Source of the DNA: a virus
Lineage: Duplodnaviria > Caudoviricetes
Virus record (IMG/VR): IMGVR_UViG_3300046714_000194
Location: 1 to 50,724 of that record
DNA length: 50,724 nt
Strand: one strand, 5' to 3'
Position numbers and translations under genes: made by a program. The notes below the pieces were generated by a model. That model was not told the DNA's origin and ran no database searches. It saw nothing but the letters and a program-made list of their open reading frames with translations. This document shows positions 1-8,778 of the stretch, one piece after another (the stretch's first letter is position 1; each line of letters starts with the position of its first letter).

Positions 1-19
1 CTTACCGTCCCCCACACTG
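1..19 (+). repeat. Left copy of 19-bp terminal direct repeat CTTACCGTCCCCCACACTG
   Basis: Identical to 50706-50724. Confidence 0.95.
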
Positions 20-93
20 TAAAACCGCGCGTTTCCGCCCCTATCGCATGGCCCTATGTGCAAGCCTGCGAAAGGCCTAGCCTATTGGCTGCT

Positions 94-687
94 CTATGGG
101 GCGTAGCAGCGGCTCGGGTCGTCGCGCACGCAGCCCATGGGGCACGCTGCCTTGATCGCCTGCAAGCAGCCGTTGGGGCAGGCCGTGCATGCGCTCCACT
201 TCGTACCGTCGCACGTGCTCGTGCCTGCGCATGGGCTGCCGTAGCTCGTGCCGCATCCGTAGCTCTCGCCTGCAACGCATATGGCCAGCCCACCGGAGGC
301 GCCGCCTGCAGCAGGCATCGCTCCACCTGCACCCATGGGCATGGGCGTGCCGCCGGTGCCAACGACGCTCGCACCGCCTGCGCCTAGCAGCCCGCCTGCC
401 CCCTGCCCTGCGCTGCCCGCACCTCCGAACGCGCGAACCCCTCCGGCCCCAAGAGCTCCACCCGTGGCAACCGCCCCGCCTGCGCCTAGCTGGATCGATC
501 CACCAACGCCAATCGCGAGAGCTCCGCCCGTTTGCGCCGGCGTCGCCCCTCCAATGCCGATCGGCGCAGGTGCACCTGCGTCAGCCTGAGGCGCATCGGG
601 CTCGCCTGCTGACGCCTCGGAACGAAAGTCGGCGCCCCCGCAACCTGCCAGCAACAGAGCCCCGATCGCCGCTGCCATTCTCGCCAT
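94..687 (-). CDS. Gly-rich/Cys-rich lipoprotein
   Basis: Lipobox LLLAG-C, GAGG-rich linker, C-terminal Cys-rich domain. Confidence 0.75.
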   Translation of the reverse strand: MARMAAAIGALLLAGCGGADFRSEASAGEPDAPQADAGAPAPIGIGGATPAQTGGALAIGVGGSIQLGAGGAVATGGALGAGGVRAFGGAGSAGQGAGGLLGAGGASVVGTGGTPMPMGAGGAMPAAGGASGGLAICVAGESYGCGTSYGSPCAGTSTCDGTKWSACTACPNGCLQAIKAACPMGCVRDDPSRCYAP

Positions 688-1052
688 CCCCGAAGCTTAC
701 GCTCCTGGTGCCCGAAGCGCAACGGCGTCACCCAGCGTCACCCACCGCAACCCAGTGCAACCGGCCGAAGATCGGCGTCTCGGAGCTTTGCCTATTGTGC
801 GGCCGTGTAGGTTGCGTTACGCGTCATAACGCCCGAGGCGCTTGCGCATCGTCGCGGCAAAAAGTACCAAAAGTGTCCAACCCGACTACCAGGCCCAACA
901 CCTCACACTTGACGCGTGAGCGCGAAACACGTACGCGTAAAACCACGCGTTGCCTACACTTTTCGCTCTTACGTTTCCGTCCGCCACACCCGTAAGCTCT
1001 CCCTAGCGCCTCTGGCACTTTCCCTGCACACGCCCCGAAAGACCCCTAACCC

Positions 1053-1484
1053 ATGAGCAAACCGCCTATGAACTTTCCCGCAACTGCAGCAATCCGCCAA
1101 GGCAACCCCAATCACACCATGTCTTTCCGCGTGTTCGACGACCTGCACCAACTGATCCATGACGCCGCCGAGGCGAAAGGCGTCAGCGCCGCTAACGGCA
1201 TGCGTCGTGTCGTAGCCGAGTGGGCCGCCAGCGTTATGGGCGTCGACGTGCCCGATCTCACGATCTACGAACACGTTGACGTCGTTGCCGCAGCCGCAAA
1301 GAAGTTCAACATGAGCTCCCGCGAGCTCACCGCCTTCGCCGTACGCGAATTCGCCAAGAGCGTTCTCAGCTCCGACGGTACGATCCCGTTCGTGCCCAAA
1401 GACGGTCAGGCGATCGCCGCAGCGCAGTCGCCATCGGTGCCGCCAACGCAGCCCCGTCGACGCAAGCTGCACCGCAAGCCCTAG
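1053..1484 (+). CDS. Ribbon-helix-helix-like DNA-binding regulator
   Basis: TMSFRVFDDLHQLIHDAAEAKGVSAANGMRRVV fits the RHH strand-helix-helix pattern; a second helix pair follows; only convincing + strand gene. Confidence 0.6.
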   Translation: MSKPPMNFPATAAIRQGNPNHTMSFRVFDDLHQLIHDAAEAKGVSAANGMRRVVAEWAASVMGVDVPDLTIYEHVDVVAAAAKKFNMSSRELTAFAVREFAKSVLSSDGTIPFVPKDGQAIAAAQSPSVPPTQPRRRKLHRKP

Positions 1485-1750
1485 GCCGGGCTCTTCGCAG
1501 CGTCTGGCGCCGGCGCGTGCGTCTTCGCGATCTCTGTCGAGGTACGCCGTCGACTCTGCCGGCTCCACGTCATGCCAGCTTCCCGCACGCACGACGCGCA
1601 TAGCGCGGCTCGATTGCCGTTGCACGTCGTAAAAAAGACGAGTCCTTTCAAGTCAAACGCGGTTTGCCCGGTGTCGGACGCTTCCGGTGCCGGGCTCCCG
1701 CATGCGCAACACGTGTCTTTCACTTTTGCATTCCCTTCCGTTCGAAACAC
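1481..1750 (-). CDS. Small Cys-rich (zinc-binding?) hypothetical protein
   Basis: CCAC...CASC pairs; start uncertain. Confidence 0.45.
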   Translation of the reverse strand: MFRTEGNAKVKDTCCACGSPAPEASDTGQTAFDLKGLVFFTTCNGNRAALCASCVREAGMTWSRQSRRRTSTEIAKTHAPAPDAAKSPA

Positions 1751-1797
1751 ACACGATACGGCACCAAAACGCCACAGAGAAGGACTGACCGGCGGGC

Positions 1798-2589
1798 CTA
1801 CGCGCTTTCCGCAACCCGATCCTGTGGCATGACCGGCGTTGCTCTTGGGGGGCGCACACCTCGGCGCTCGATCGCGGGCGTCTCGGCAAGGATCCGCAGT
1901 GATGCTTCGCGGTGCACGTTGCCGCGCGCCATGCCCTCACGCAGGCCCCACACGAACCATGCGTACTCGGTCGCATCGGTTGCAGCAGCTCGTGCGCAAC
2001 GCCCGATCCCGCACGACACGCAAGCGTCTGCGTCTTCAGCATTCCACGGGACTAGCCACTTGAAGCCGCACGCCTTGCATCGCATAGAGTGCGCAAAGCT
2101 CGGACGGTTCGGCAGCACGTACACGTCTGGCGTGTGCTTGCGCAGCCAGGCCGATCGCCCCGAGCGCTCGCCCGAGCCGAGCCAATTGAGCCGCAGCAGC
2201 AGTGCAACGCATGACGCTTCGCTAACGGCCTTTTGCGCGATTGGGAAGGCCTGATCGAACGGCGGGTTGGTGATGATCACGTCGGCGCCCTCGAAGGGCT
2301 GCGCCAAGTAGTCGCACGGCGCATGAATCCGATCGGCGTCGATCAGCTCGTTAAGAGCGTTGCCGCACGTTGCTTGGAGCTCGCAGGCGTACCACGTTGG
2401 AAGTTGCGGCTTGTCGTTGCCGGCCGCAGCCGCGTTGACGGCTGCAATGATCGCACCTTCGCCCGCGCACGGCTCCAGCCACACGCCGCCGGGCAAGGGG
2501 CACGCTTCGAGCAAGCGATGGACGCACCAGGGCGGTGTGGGATAGGCGTCGTGCGCGATGCGATCGGATCCGCGGTTGGTTGCGCTCAC
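1798..2589 (-). CDS. Amino (N6A/N4C) DNA methyltransferase
   Basis: YPTP, LEPCAGEGAI (motif I) and ITNPPF (motif IV); CxxC..CxxC insert; GTG start overlaps upstream stop. Confidence 0.85.
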   Translation of the reverse strand: MSATNRGSDRIAHDAYPTPPWCVHRLLEACPLPGGVWLEPCAGEGAIIAAVNAAAAGNDKPQLPTWYACELQATCGNALNELIDADRIHAPCDYLAQPFEGADVIITNPPFDQAFPIAQKAVSEASCVALLLRLNWLGSGERSGRSAWLRKHTPDVYVLPNRPSFAHSMRCKACGFKWLVPWNAEDADACVSCGIGRCARAAATDATEYAWFVWGLREGMARGNVHREASLRILAETPAIERRGVRPPRATPVMPQDRVAESA

Positions 2590-2792
2590 GGCCCGAGCAT
2601 CCTTCCCGTGAGCAGCATCAACCCGAGCAGCACGAAAAGCGTGATGTTGACGCGCCACCAGCCCCAACGCTTCTCGGCCGCCGTCAGCGCCTTGTACTGC
2701 AAGATGTACGCGCATGCGACGAACATCTGAAACGCAAACGGCAGCGCGAAGTACGCCGACAAGCAGGCCAAAAACGCTCTCATCAGTGCCAC
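2586..2792 (-). CDS. Small membrane protein
   Basis: Two hydrophobic segments; overlaps both neighbours. Confidence 0.55.
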   Translation of the reverse strand: MALMRAFLACLSAYFALPFAFQMFVACAYILQYKALTAAEKRWGWWRVNITLFVLLGLMLLTGRMLGP

Positions 2793-4105
2793 CTTTCGCT
2801 TTCCTCAACATCGATCGGAAAGCTCGCAGTGAGCATAACGCCCGAGCTTCCAATGTCCACGGGCTGCTCGAAGATCTCGCGGCACGTCTCGCCGACGCAT
2901 GACGCATCCTCGCGAGGCGTCTCGAATACGCCCGAGTCGTGCACCTGCGCCACGATGCGAGTGCGAGGCGATCGGCGCGCCAATGCCTCCACGATCAGCG
3001 GAAGCCGCAGGTTCATCACGTCGGCCGCACCGCCCTGGATCGGGAAGTTGGCGCACTCGGTTGGGGGAGGATCGTGCCCGAGCCAACGGCGCCGCCCCAA
3101 GATCGGGCTCTCGGTGTACCCCGTGCGCACGGCGTCGAGCCATCGTCGGTGCTGCCACTCGAAGTAGCCCGCAAACCCCGTGCGCAGCTTCCGAAGCATC
3201 GCCTGCACCATGGGCAGCTTCACGTGCTCGCCTTCGGGCGTTGCGATGATCCGCGCCCACACCGTCTCAGCCTCGGCCATGTAGCACACGGCAAACCCAG
3301 CCGACTTCGCAAGCGTGCGATACGCCTTGCGCCCTGCGCCTTCTGCCCGAAGGAATGCGTCGGCGAAGATCACCTCGGCGTTAGCGGCGTGTAGATCTTT
3401 GGAGTTGCAGGCGTTGATCATCGCCTGATCGCCAGAGGCGTATGCAGCGATCCGCATCTCTAGCTGTTTAGCGTCGAACGCCACGAGCACGCACCCGGGC
3501 CGCGGGAGGTACAACCCGCGGATCCCGCCCGAGACGTACTTTCGCGTCTTCGGATCGTCCGACGTCCAGATCACCGTTGGGTCGTTCTCGAGACGCGGCA
3601 GGTTCATCAGGTTGGGGCCTTGGCAGCTCCACCGCCCGCTCACCGCGCCGTAATTCTGCCAACCCGGGTGCACGCGCAGGTCGGGCCCGAGATGGATCGC
3701 TTCGATGTACGTGCTGCGCACCTTGCGTGCTCTTCGCCACTCCAAGACACTCAACGCAGCAGCGCGCAGCTCGGGCCGGGGCGAGGCCGCAAACGTGCGC
3801 ATCGTGTCGACGCCGAGCGACGGCCGACCCGTCTTCACCGATATGGCCGCAGCCGCAACGGGCGCCCCCAGATCTCGGAAGAAGGCAACGTGCAAATCTT
3901 TCAGCCCGAACCCGCCGGTTTTGGTGCGTTTGATCGGGCGTCCTACGGCCTTGTCGGCCCGGTCGCGTGCGTCGGCCTCGGCTGCTCGCAGTGTCTCGGC
4001 GTACGTCCGAGCGAGCGCCACGTCGAACCCAAACCCCGCCTGTGACATGGCGGTGCAGATCGCAGCACCCCGCTTGTCGGAGGCGTAGACTTCAGCGACG
4101 CCCAT
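2783..4105 (-). CDS. polA: Family A DNA polymerase, polymerase (thumb/palm/fingers) half
   Basis: SGRWSCQGPNLMNLP; motif A DAKQLEMR, motif B RTLAKSAGFAVCY, NFPIQG, motif C VHDS; ATG overlaps upstream stop. Confidence 0.92.
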   Translation of the reverse strand: MGVAEVYASDKRGAAICTAMSQAGFGFDVALARTYAETLRAAEADARDRADKAVGRPIKRTKTGGFGLKDLHVAFFRDLGAPVAAAAISVKTGRPSLGVDTMRTFAASPRPELRAAALSVLEWRRARKVRSTYIEAIHLGPDLRVHPGWQNYGAVSGRWSCQGPNLMNLPRLENDPTVIWTSDDPKTRKYVSGGIRGLYLPRPGCVLVAFDAKQLEMRIAAYASGDQAMINACNSKDLHAANAEVIFADAFLRAEGAGRKAYRTLAKSAGFAVCYMAEAETVWARIIATPEGEHVKLPMVQAMLRKLRTGFAGYFEWQHRRWLDAVRTGYTESPILGRRRWLGHDPPPTECANFPIQGGAADVMNLRLPLIVEALARRSPRTRIVAQVHDSGVFETPREDASCVGETCREIFEQPVDIGSSGVMLTASFPIDVEESERWH

Positions 4106-4296
4106 CACGCACCGCCGAGCACCAGCGCCCGCAACGCGTTCAGAAACGACTCTTCGGCAATCGCGTGGTGCGTAGCTGCGACATCTTCGTCGAAGGCAAG
4201 GTTGTCGGGCTGGCGCGTGATCGCCCGCAGCATCTCGCCAATGTGAAACACGGCAAGCGCAACGTAACGGCGTGCGTCCAGCTCCGAAGGCGTCAT
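4105..4296 (-). CDS. Hypothetical protein
   Basis: Start and stop overlap both neighbours. Confidence 0.55.
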   Translation of the reverse strand: MTPSELDARRYVALAVFHIGEMLRAITRQPDNLAFDEDVAATHHAIAEESFLNALRALVLGGA

Positions 4297-4418
4297 TGTG
4301 GATCGTCCCAGTTGTACGTGTCGGCGTTGCGTGTCTCGTCATCGCGCTTCAGGTGCCAGCCAACCCACACGCCAAACGCGTACGCAAAGGCCGGCAAGAG
4401 CCGGAGGATCCAGCTCAT
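4293..4418 (-). CDS. Small membrane peptide (41 aa)
   Basis: MSWILRLLPAFAYAFGVWVGWHLK; ATGA overlaps. Confidence 0.5.
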   Translation of the reverse strand: MSWILRLLPAFAYAFGVWVGWHLKRDDETRNADTYNWDDPQ

Positions 4419-4870
4419 GCGGCCCGAGCCTTTCGCGGCGGCAGCTCGCGCCCCATCGCATCGATCAGCCGATCGAGGATCGCCGCTGCGGCTACCGAAA
4501 GCCCAGAAACAGGATAGATCCAACCCGGCCGAATGTTGGACACGTCTTGCGCCCAATCGATCGCGCACGTGTCACCGCGCTTCTCGTTGCACTCGGCGCA
4601 GCAAGTGATCAGGTTGCTCTCGTGATTGGAGCCGCCGCGCGAGCGCGGGAGCACGTGATCGAGCGTTGCTTGGCGCCACGACGTGCGGGTTGCGCCCTCA
4701 CGAATCAGTACGTCGCGGATCGCCGGAAGTTGGCTGCTCTGCAGCATGGCCACATCGTGCGAGCACCACACGCACCGCCACCCGTCGCGCTCATAGATCC
4801 GCCGTCTCTTCTCGTCGCGGATCCAGTGGTGCCCCTGCCCGCGGTTGCCCGCGTTTGCGCCTCGGGCCAT
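4415..4870 (-). CDS. HNH endonuclease (McrA-like)
   Basis: RDGWRCVWC...TLDHVLPRSRGGSN..NLITCCAECN. Confidence 0.9.
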   Translation of the reverse strand: MARGANAGNRGQGHHWIRDEKRRRIYERDGWRCVWCSHDVAMLQSSQLPAIRDVLIREGATRTSWRQATLDHVLPRSRGGSNHESNLITCCAECNEKRGDTCAIDWAQDVSNIRPGWIYPVSGLSVAAAAILDRLIDAMGRELPPRKARAA

Positions 4871-4873
4871 GCG

Positions 4874-5122
4874 TCAGCTCCACGTTGTGTCGGGATCAGG
4901 CTTGCGCTGTTGCCCCGCCGGCGGCTGTTGCACGACCTGCGCAACACCAGATCCGGACGTCGCTCGTGCAAACGCCTCGATCGTGAAAGCGCGCAGCTTG
5001 ATCAGCAGGGCCGTTTCGAGCGTCGCCGCAAGTGCCGACAACGGCCGTTGCTGCAGGGCCGAGCTATTGTGCGCCCACTGCCCCGCCCGTGCCGCAAACA
5101 TCCACAGCCTTTGCCTCACCAC
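4874..5122 (-). CDS. Hypothetical protein
   Basis: Fills the gap in a tightly packed operon. Confidence 0.45.
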   Translation of the reverse strand: MVRQRLWMFAARAGQWAHNSSALQQRPLSALAATLETALLIKLRAFTIEAFARATSGSGVAQVVQQPPAGQQRKPDPDTTWS

Positions 5123-5295
5123 GACGCACCTTCTTCTTCCTGGCGCAGCAGCTCGACTGCGCCGACGACGATCGACGCAACAGCGTCGGCGAGCACCTTG
5201 CCGGTTTGCTTCTCGCAGAGCGCCAACACATCGGCGCGCTTTGGCTCGAGCGCCGGCAGTTTGGTACAGATCTGCCGTGCGATCGCCTGATTCAT
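5116..5295 (-). CDS. Hypothetical protein
   Basis: ATG 6 nt after the UDG-exonuclease stop. Confidence 0.5.
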   Translation of the reverse strand: MNQAIARQICTKLPALEPKRADVLALCEKQTGKVLADAVASIVVGAVELLRQEEEGASW

Positions 5296-5300
5296 ATGTG

Positions 5301-6533
5301 TCACTTCGCCACCTGCCCTTTCATGAGCTGCCACGCCAGGATCGTGTACAACACGTCCCGGCCGTTGTAGTGCCAGAGACGCGCGAGATCGGCGCCTCGA
5401 TCTTCCTGCTCTTTCCACGCAGGCACATCGAGCGCGCAGTCACCGACGGTCGTCACGACGTGCGCCAGGTTCTTCTTCATGTGTCCAGCGATCGCGTGCT
5501 GCGCCAGGAGCGTGTCATCCCATTCGGCGATCTTCAGGTTGTAGCGAGCGGCGACGATGTGATCGAACGCAGGCCCGTTGTGCGTCACGACGACGCGGGT
5601 ACGGAACACCTCGGACACCTCGCGCGCAACGTCAGGCGTCCCGACGCCCCACCACGGCTCGATCCCGTTGTTTTCTCGGCTCCACGGAACAACGACCGTC
5701 GTAACCCCGTCCGACACGCCGAAGCACACGAGCGCCGTTTCGGTTGGCCCGAGCCCGACCGTCTCGACGTCGAACGCGATCGGAGCGCCCGGCAGCAGCA
5801 GGGCAAGCGCCTGCGTGAGGCTCTCGCGTGTGCGGGCGATCACGAGCGTGCGCGTCGGATGCGCCTCGGGCGGGTGAAAGCCATCGGCGAGCACGCGCCC
5901 AACGCGCTCTAGATCCCCTTCGAAGATTGGGCCCCACGCTGACGCCCGCATGACGAAGGCCGGGTGCACGGTGGGGCACACCCACGAACGCGACGCGCCA
6001 GGATGCGCGGGGCTCGAACCCGCATCGTCAGATATCTCCACCGCACTGCCGATTGTGCTAGCACCCTGTGCGTCCCCAGCAGCGTGCGCGCTCGTTGCGC
6101 TGCCGGTAAGTTTGAATTCGAAGGCGTTCACAGATCCGCGCCATCGCAAGATCTGCGGCTTCTTCGTGAGATACATCGCGCCTTGAAGGCCCCACGCCCC
6201 AACGGGCATCACGACGGGCGACGCCGCTTCGCGCAGCTCACGCTGCAGCCGGGCGCGGCACTTCTTCGCCGCTACGGCCATGTCGACCGGCCGTACATCG
6301 CAAAGGATCGCGTTCGTCCAATGGATCTCGCTGCGACGAAGCCCGAGGTACTTCAGCCCCTTTTCGAGCATCTTCCCCGATCGACCGACGAACGGGCGGC
6401 CCGTTTGCAGCTCGTTGAATCCGGGCGCCTCGCCGACGATCGCCAGTTTGGTGCGGCCGTGCGCCGGCTCGGGCGGAACGCATCTGCGATCCCTTCCCGG
6501 GCACGACGCACAAGCTGCACCAGCCGGTTTCAT
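5301..6533 (-). CDS. Family-4 uracil-DNA glycosylase fused to PolA 3'-5' exonuclease (N-terminal half of split PolA)
   Basis: CASC, VGEAPG..E...GRPFVGRSG, TNAILC and HPAFVMR (UDG); FDVET, HNGPAFD, DTL and YNGRD (Exo I-III). Confidence 0.9.
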   Translation of the reverse strand: MKPAGAACASCPGRDRRCVPPEPAHGRTKLAIVGEAPGFNELQTGRPFVGRSGKMLEKGLKYLGLRRSEIHWTNAILCDVRPVDMAVAAKKCRARLQRELREAASPVVMPVGAWGLQGAMYLTKKPQILRWRGSVNAFEFKLTGSATSAHAAGDAQGASTIGSAVEISDDAGSSPAHPGASRSWVCPTVHPAFVMRASAWGPIFEGDLERVGRVLADGFHPPEAHPTRTLVIARTRESLTQALALLLPGAPIAFDVETVGLGPTETALVCFGVSDGVTTVVVPWSRENNGIEPWWGVGTPDVAREVSEVFRTRVVVTHNGPAFDHIVAARYNLKIAEWDDTLLAQHAIAGHMKKNLAHVVTTVGDCALDVPAWKEQEDRGADLARLWHYNGRDVLYTILAWQLMKGQVAK

Positions 6534-6868
6534 GACGCGTCAGCGTCCTTCTTCTCTTCGATCTTGCCGCCGGCCATGAGCGTCACGATCCGCTCGAAGA
6601 AGGCGCGGCTATCGCGCAGCTGCGCCTCTAGATCGTAGGTTTTCGAATATGCTCGATTGCACTCACCGCGGTGCTTGGCGATCTCTTCGTCCTTCGCGCG
6701 CAGCTCTGCGGCGTGTACAGCTGCAGTCTTGTCGTACGTGTTTTGAAAGTCGTTGCGCATCTTCGTGATGTACTCCGACACTTCTTTGCTGCGCAGTTCG
6801 TTGCGCGAATACACCGCTGTAAGCTCGCGCTTCAGCCCCGCGATCGTGATCGGTTTCTTCTTTGCCAC
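6530..6868 (-). CDS. Coiled-coil hypothetical protein
   Basis: Charged helical sequence; stop overlaps the UDG start. Confidence 0.65.
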   Translation of the reverse strand: MAKKKPITIAGLKRELTAVYSRNELRSKEVSEYITKMRNDFQNTYDKTAAVHAAELRAKDEEIAKHRGECNRAYSKTYDLEAQLRDSRAFFERIVTLMAGGKIEEKKDADAS

Positions 6869-6963
6869 TGGTACCTCGCCTTCCGTTTCGTTGTGTGTTG
6901 GCGCGCTCTCGCGAAGCTCGAAACCGGGCTCGCCTTCCCGGCTTCGGGCCTCGCGACGGCGGA

Positions 6964-7539
6964 TCAGCGGCGCTTGCCGGGCCGACGAGCGGCCGGAACG
7001 ACGTCAGCGTCTTCAGTCGGCACCGCGTTGCCCTCGAGCGCTGCGGCATGCTCTGCGCATTGAGCGGCCGTGAGATAGCGGTACACCCGGTGCCGCATCT
7101 CGCCGGTCTTATTGCCCTGCTTGTCCTGCACCTCTTCGAGATTCGAGCGCAGCCACACGAGCTTCCCAACGAGCTCTGCGCAGAACACCTGCGCCGTTTC
7201 TTCGGAGATCGCGCGCGGCATGTCGACCCCGGTTTCGACCGACACCTGCTTCATCTTGCGAAGGCCGAAACCCTCGAAAGACAGGTAGTCGTAGAAGCGG
7301 CCATCCACCTTGCCGGCAGCTGCGAGTGCCGCAACGCCGCCCTCCGGCTGCCCGAAGCGCGTCTTTGCGTCGAGAATCAGACTCACCTGAGCGCCGCCCT
7401 GCTTCGACGTCTCGGGGCTCGCGTCAATGATCTCGGCCTGGTACACCGCGACGTCCAGCGGCGGTGGCTTCTCGGTGCTGATCTCGGGATCGATCGCTTC
7501 GTTCGTCCAACCTTTGGGGGCCTTCTTCTTTGCAGCCAT
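6964..7539 (-). CDS. DUF669-like single-stranded DNA-binding protein
   Basis: Y.AEIIDAS.ETSKQG pattern; located near Sak4-like ATPase. Confidence 0.65.
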   Translation of the reverse strand: MAAKKKAPKGWTNEAIDPEISTEKPPPLDVAVYQAEIIDASPETSKQGGAQVSLILDAKTRFGQPEGGVAALAAAGKVDGRFYDYLSFEGFGLRKMKQVSVETGVDMPRAISEETAQVFCAELVGKLVWLRSNLEEVQDKQGNKTGEMRHRVYRYLTAAQCAEHAAALEGNAVPTEDADVVPAARRPGKRR

Positions 7540-7861
7540 GTGATTGCATTCCTTCTGTTGCGAAGGCGGCAGCGCGTTGTGCGTCAGCTCGCCAGTGACT
7601 CGTGATCTCTAGTGCTCGTGCGTCTTGCGGCAAGGGCTCACGCGAACTTCTCACCGTAGCGCACACGCCTGTACGCCTTCCACAATGGCATCGTGAGGCC
7701 GCAGAACACGAGCACGCCGAGCGCAACGGCATCGCCGAGCAGCCCACCGCTGTGCTCGCGGATCTGATCGGGCATTGCGGGCCGTCCTGCGAGTGACCGA
7801 GGGATCTCGTGCAAGCGGTATCGCCCGCCGGGAATCACACGCAGGTGCGGCGGGCGTACCT

Positions 7862-8029
7862 TCACGGCCGCGTCTCCAGCATTGCAGCGGCGAACCGATG
7901 GATCAGCAGCGCCATGCACATCGCACCGAGCGCACCCCAAGCCGCCGTTACCGGCTTTTGGTACGTGTTTTCGTTCAGCGCGAAGACGCCAACGAAGGAC
8001 AGCAGCGCGGTGATTGCGTAGCTTTTCAT
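7862..8029 (-). CDS. Small membrane protein
   Basis: Two hydrophobic segments; ATGA overlap with Sak4-like gene. Confidence 0.5.
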   Translation of the reverse strand: MKSYAITALLSFVGVFALNENTYQKPVTAAWGALGAMCMALLIHRFAAAMLETRP

Positions 8030-8778
8030 GGCGCAATCCCGAGCTCTTCGAAGAGCTTCATCACATCGGCAGGGATCACGCGGTTGCGCGTTGCTCGCCT
8101 GCACCCGTAGCTCCAGTTCCCCTGCGGCCCGAGCAGGAAGCAGCGCTCAGGCTTGCGCCCGTTGACGTAGTCGAAGAGCACCCGATCGGGCGTCAGCAGC
8201 GGCAGGATCGCCTTCGACTTGCCGGCGATCAGAGGGACGATGCCCTCGGCCTCGGGATCGTCCGAGCGGAAGGGCGCCGAGAGATGGCCGATCACGAAGA
8301 CGTGACAGGGAAGGGCGAAGAGCCGTTTGATCGGCGGGATCAGCTCGGCCGCAAGCGCGTTGAAACGGTCGTACCCCGTTTCGGTAAGATCGATCTCGTC
8401 GAACAGGTTGTCGGCGAGCATGGTGACCGAGTCGAGGATCACCGTCTTCACGAGCCCGGCTTCGACGGCCTTCGTCACCGCAGCGCGCGCCTTCTTCCAG
8501 CCTGCGCGGGTGCCGTGGGCAGGAATGTCGAGCGTGCGATACTTCGCGCCCTGCCGTGCGGCCTCTTTGGTCGCGCTGTCGCCGTCGCAATTGATATGCG
8601 CGATCGGCCCGGGCGCCGTCGTGAGCACGCTCGTCGTCTTTCCGACGCCGCCACTGCCGAGCATCAGGATCCGCGCGTACGCCGAGTCACGCACTTCATC
8701 TTGATCGTAGAAGCCTGCGGCGGAGAGAAGATCGGGCGCAGGAGCGTCGGGCGTCTCACCTGTTGCAGCCTCGTTCAC
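8026..8778 (-). CDS. Sak4-like (AAA_24) ATPase/recombinase
   Basis: Walker A GSGGVGKT, Walker B VILDS; context between Cas4-like nuclease and SSB. Confidence 0.8.
   Translation of the reverse strand: MNEAATGETPDAPAPDLLSAAGFYDQDEVRDSAYARILMLGSGGVGKTTSVLTTAPGPIAHINCDGDSATKEAARQGAKYRTLDIPAHGTRAGWKKARAAVTKAVEAGLVKTVILDSVTMLADNLFDEIDLTETGYDRFNALAAELIPPIKRLFALPCHVFVIGHLSAPFRSDDPEAEGIVPLIAGKSKAILPLLTPDRVLFDYVNGRKPERCFLLGPQGNWSYGCRRATRNRVIPADVMKLFEELGIAP

Noticed and set aside
4105-5301. Group I intron in polA (SPO1-like)
   Set aside because: The gap is filled by five closely packed ORFs and the polymerase half has its own coupled ATG; no intron core was recognised, though this is not formally excluded without Infernal or RT-PCR
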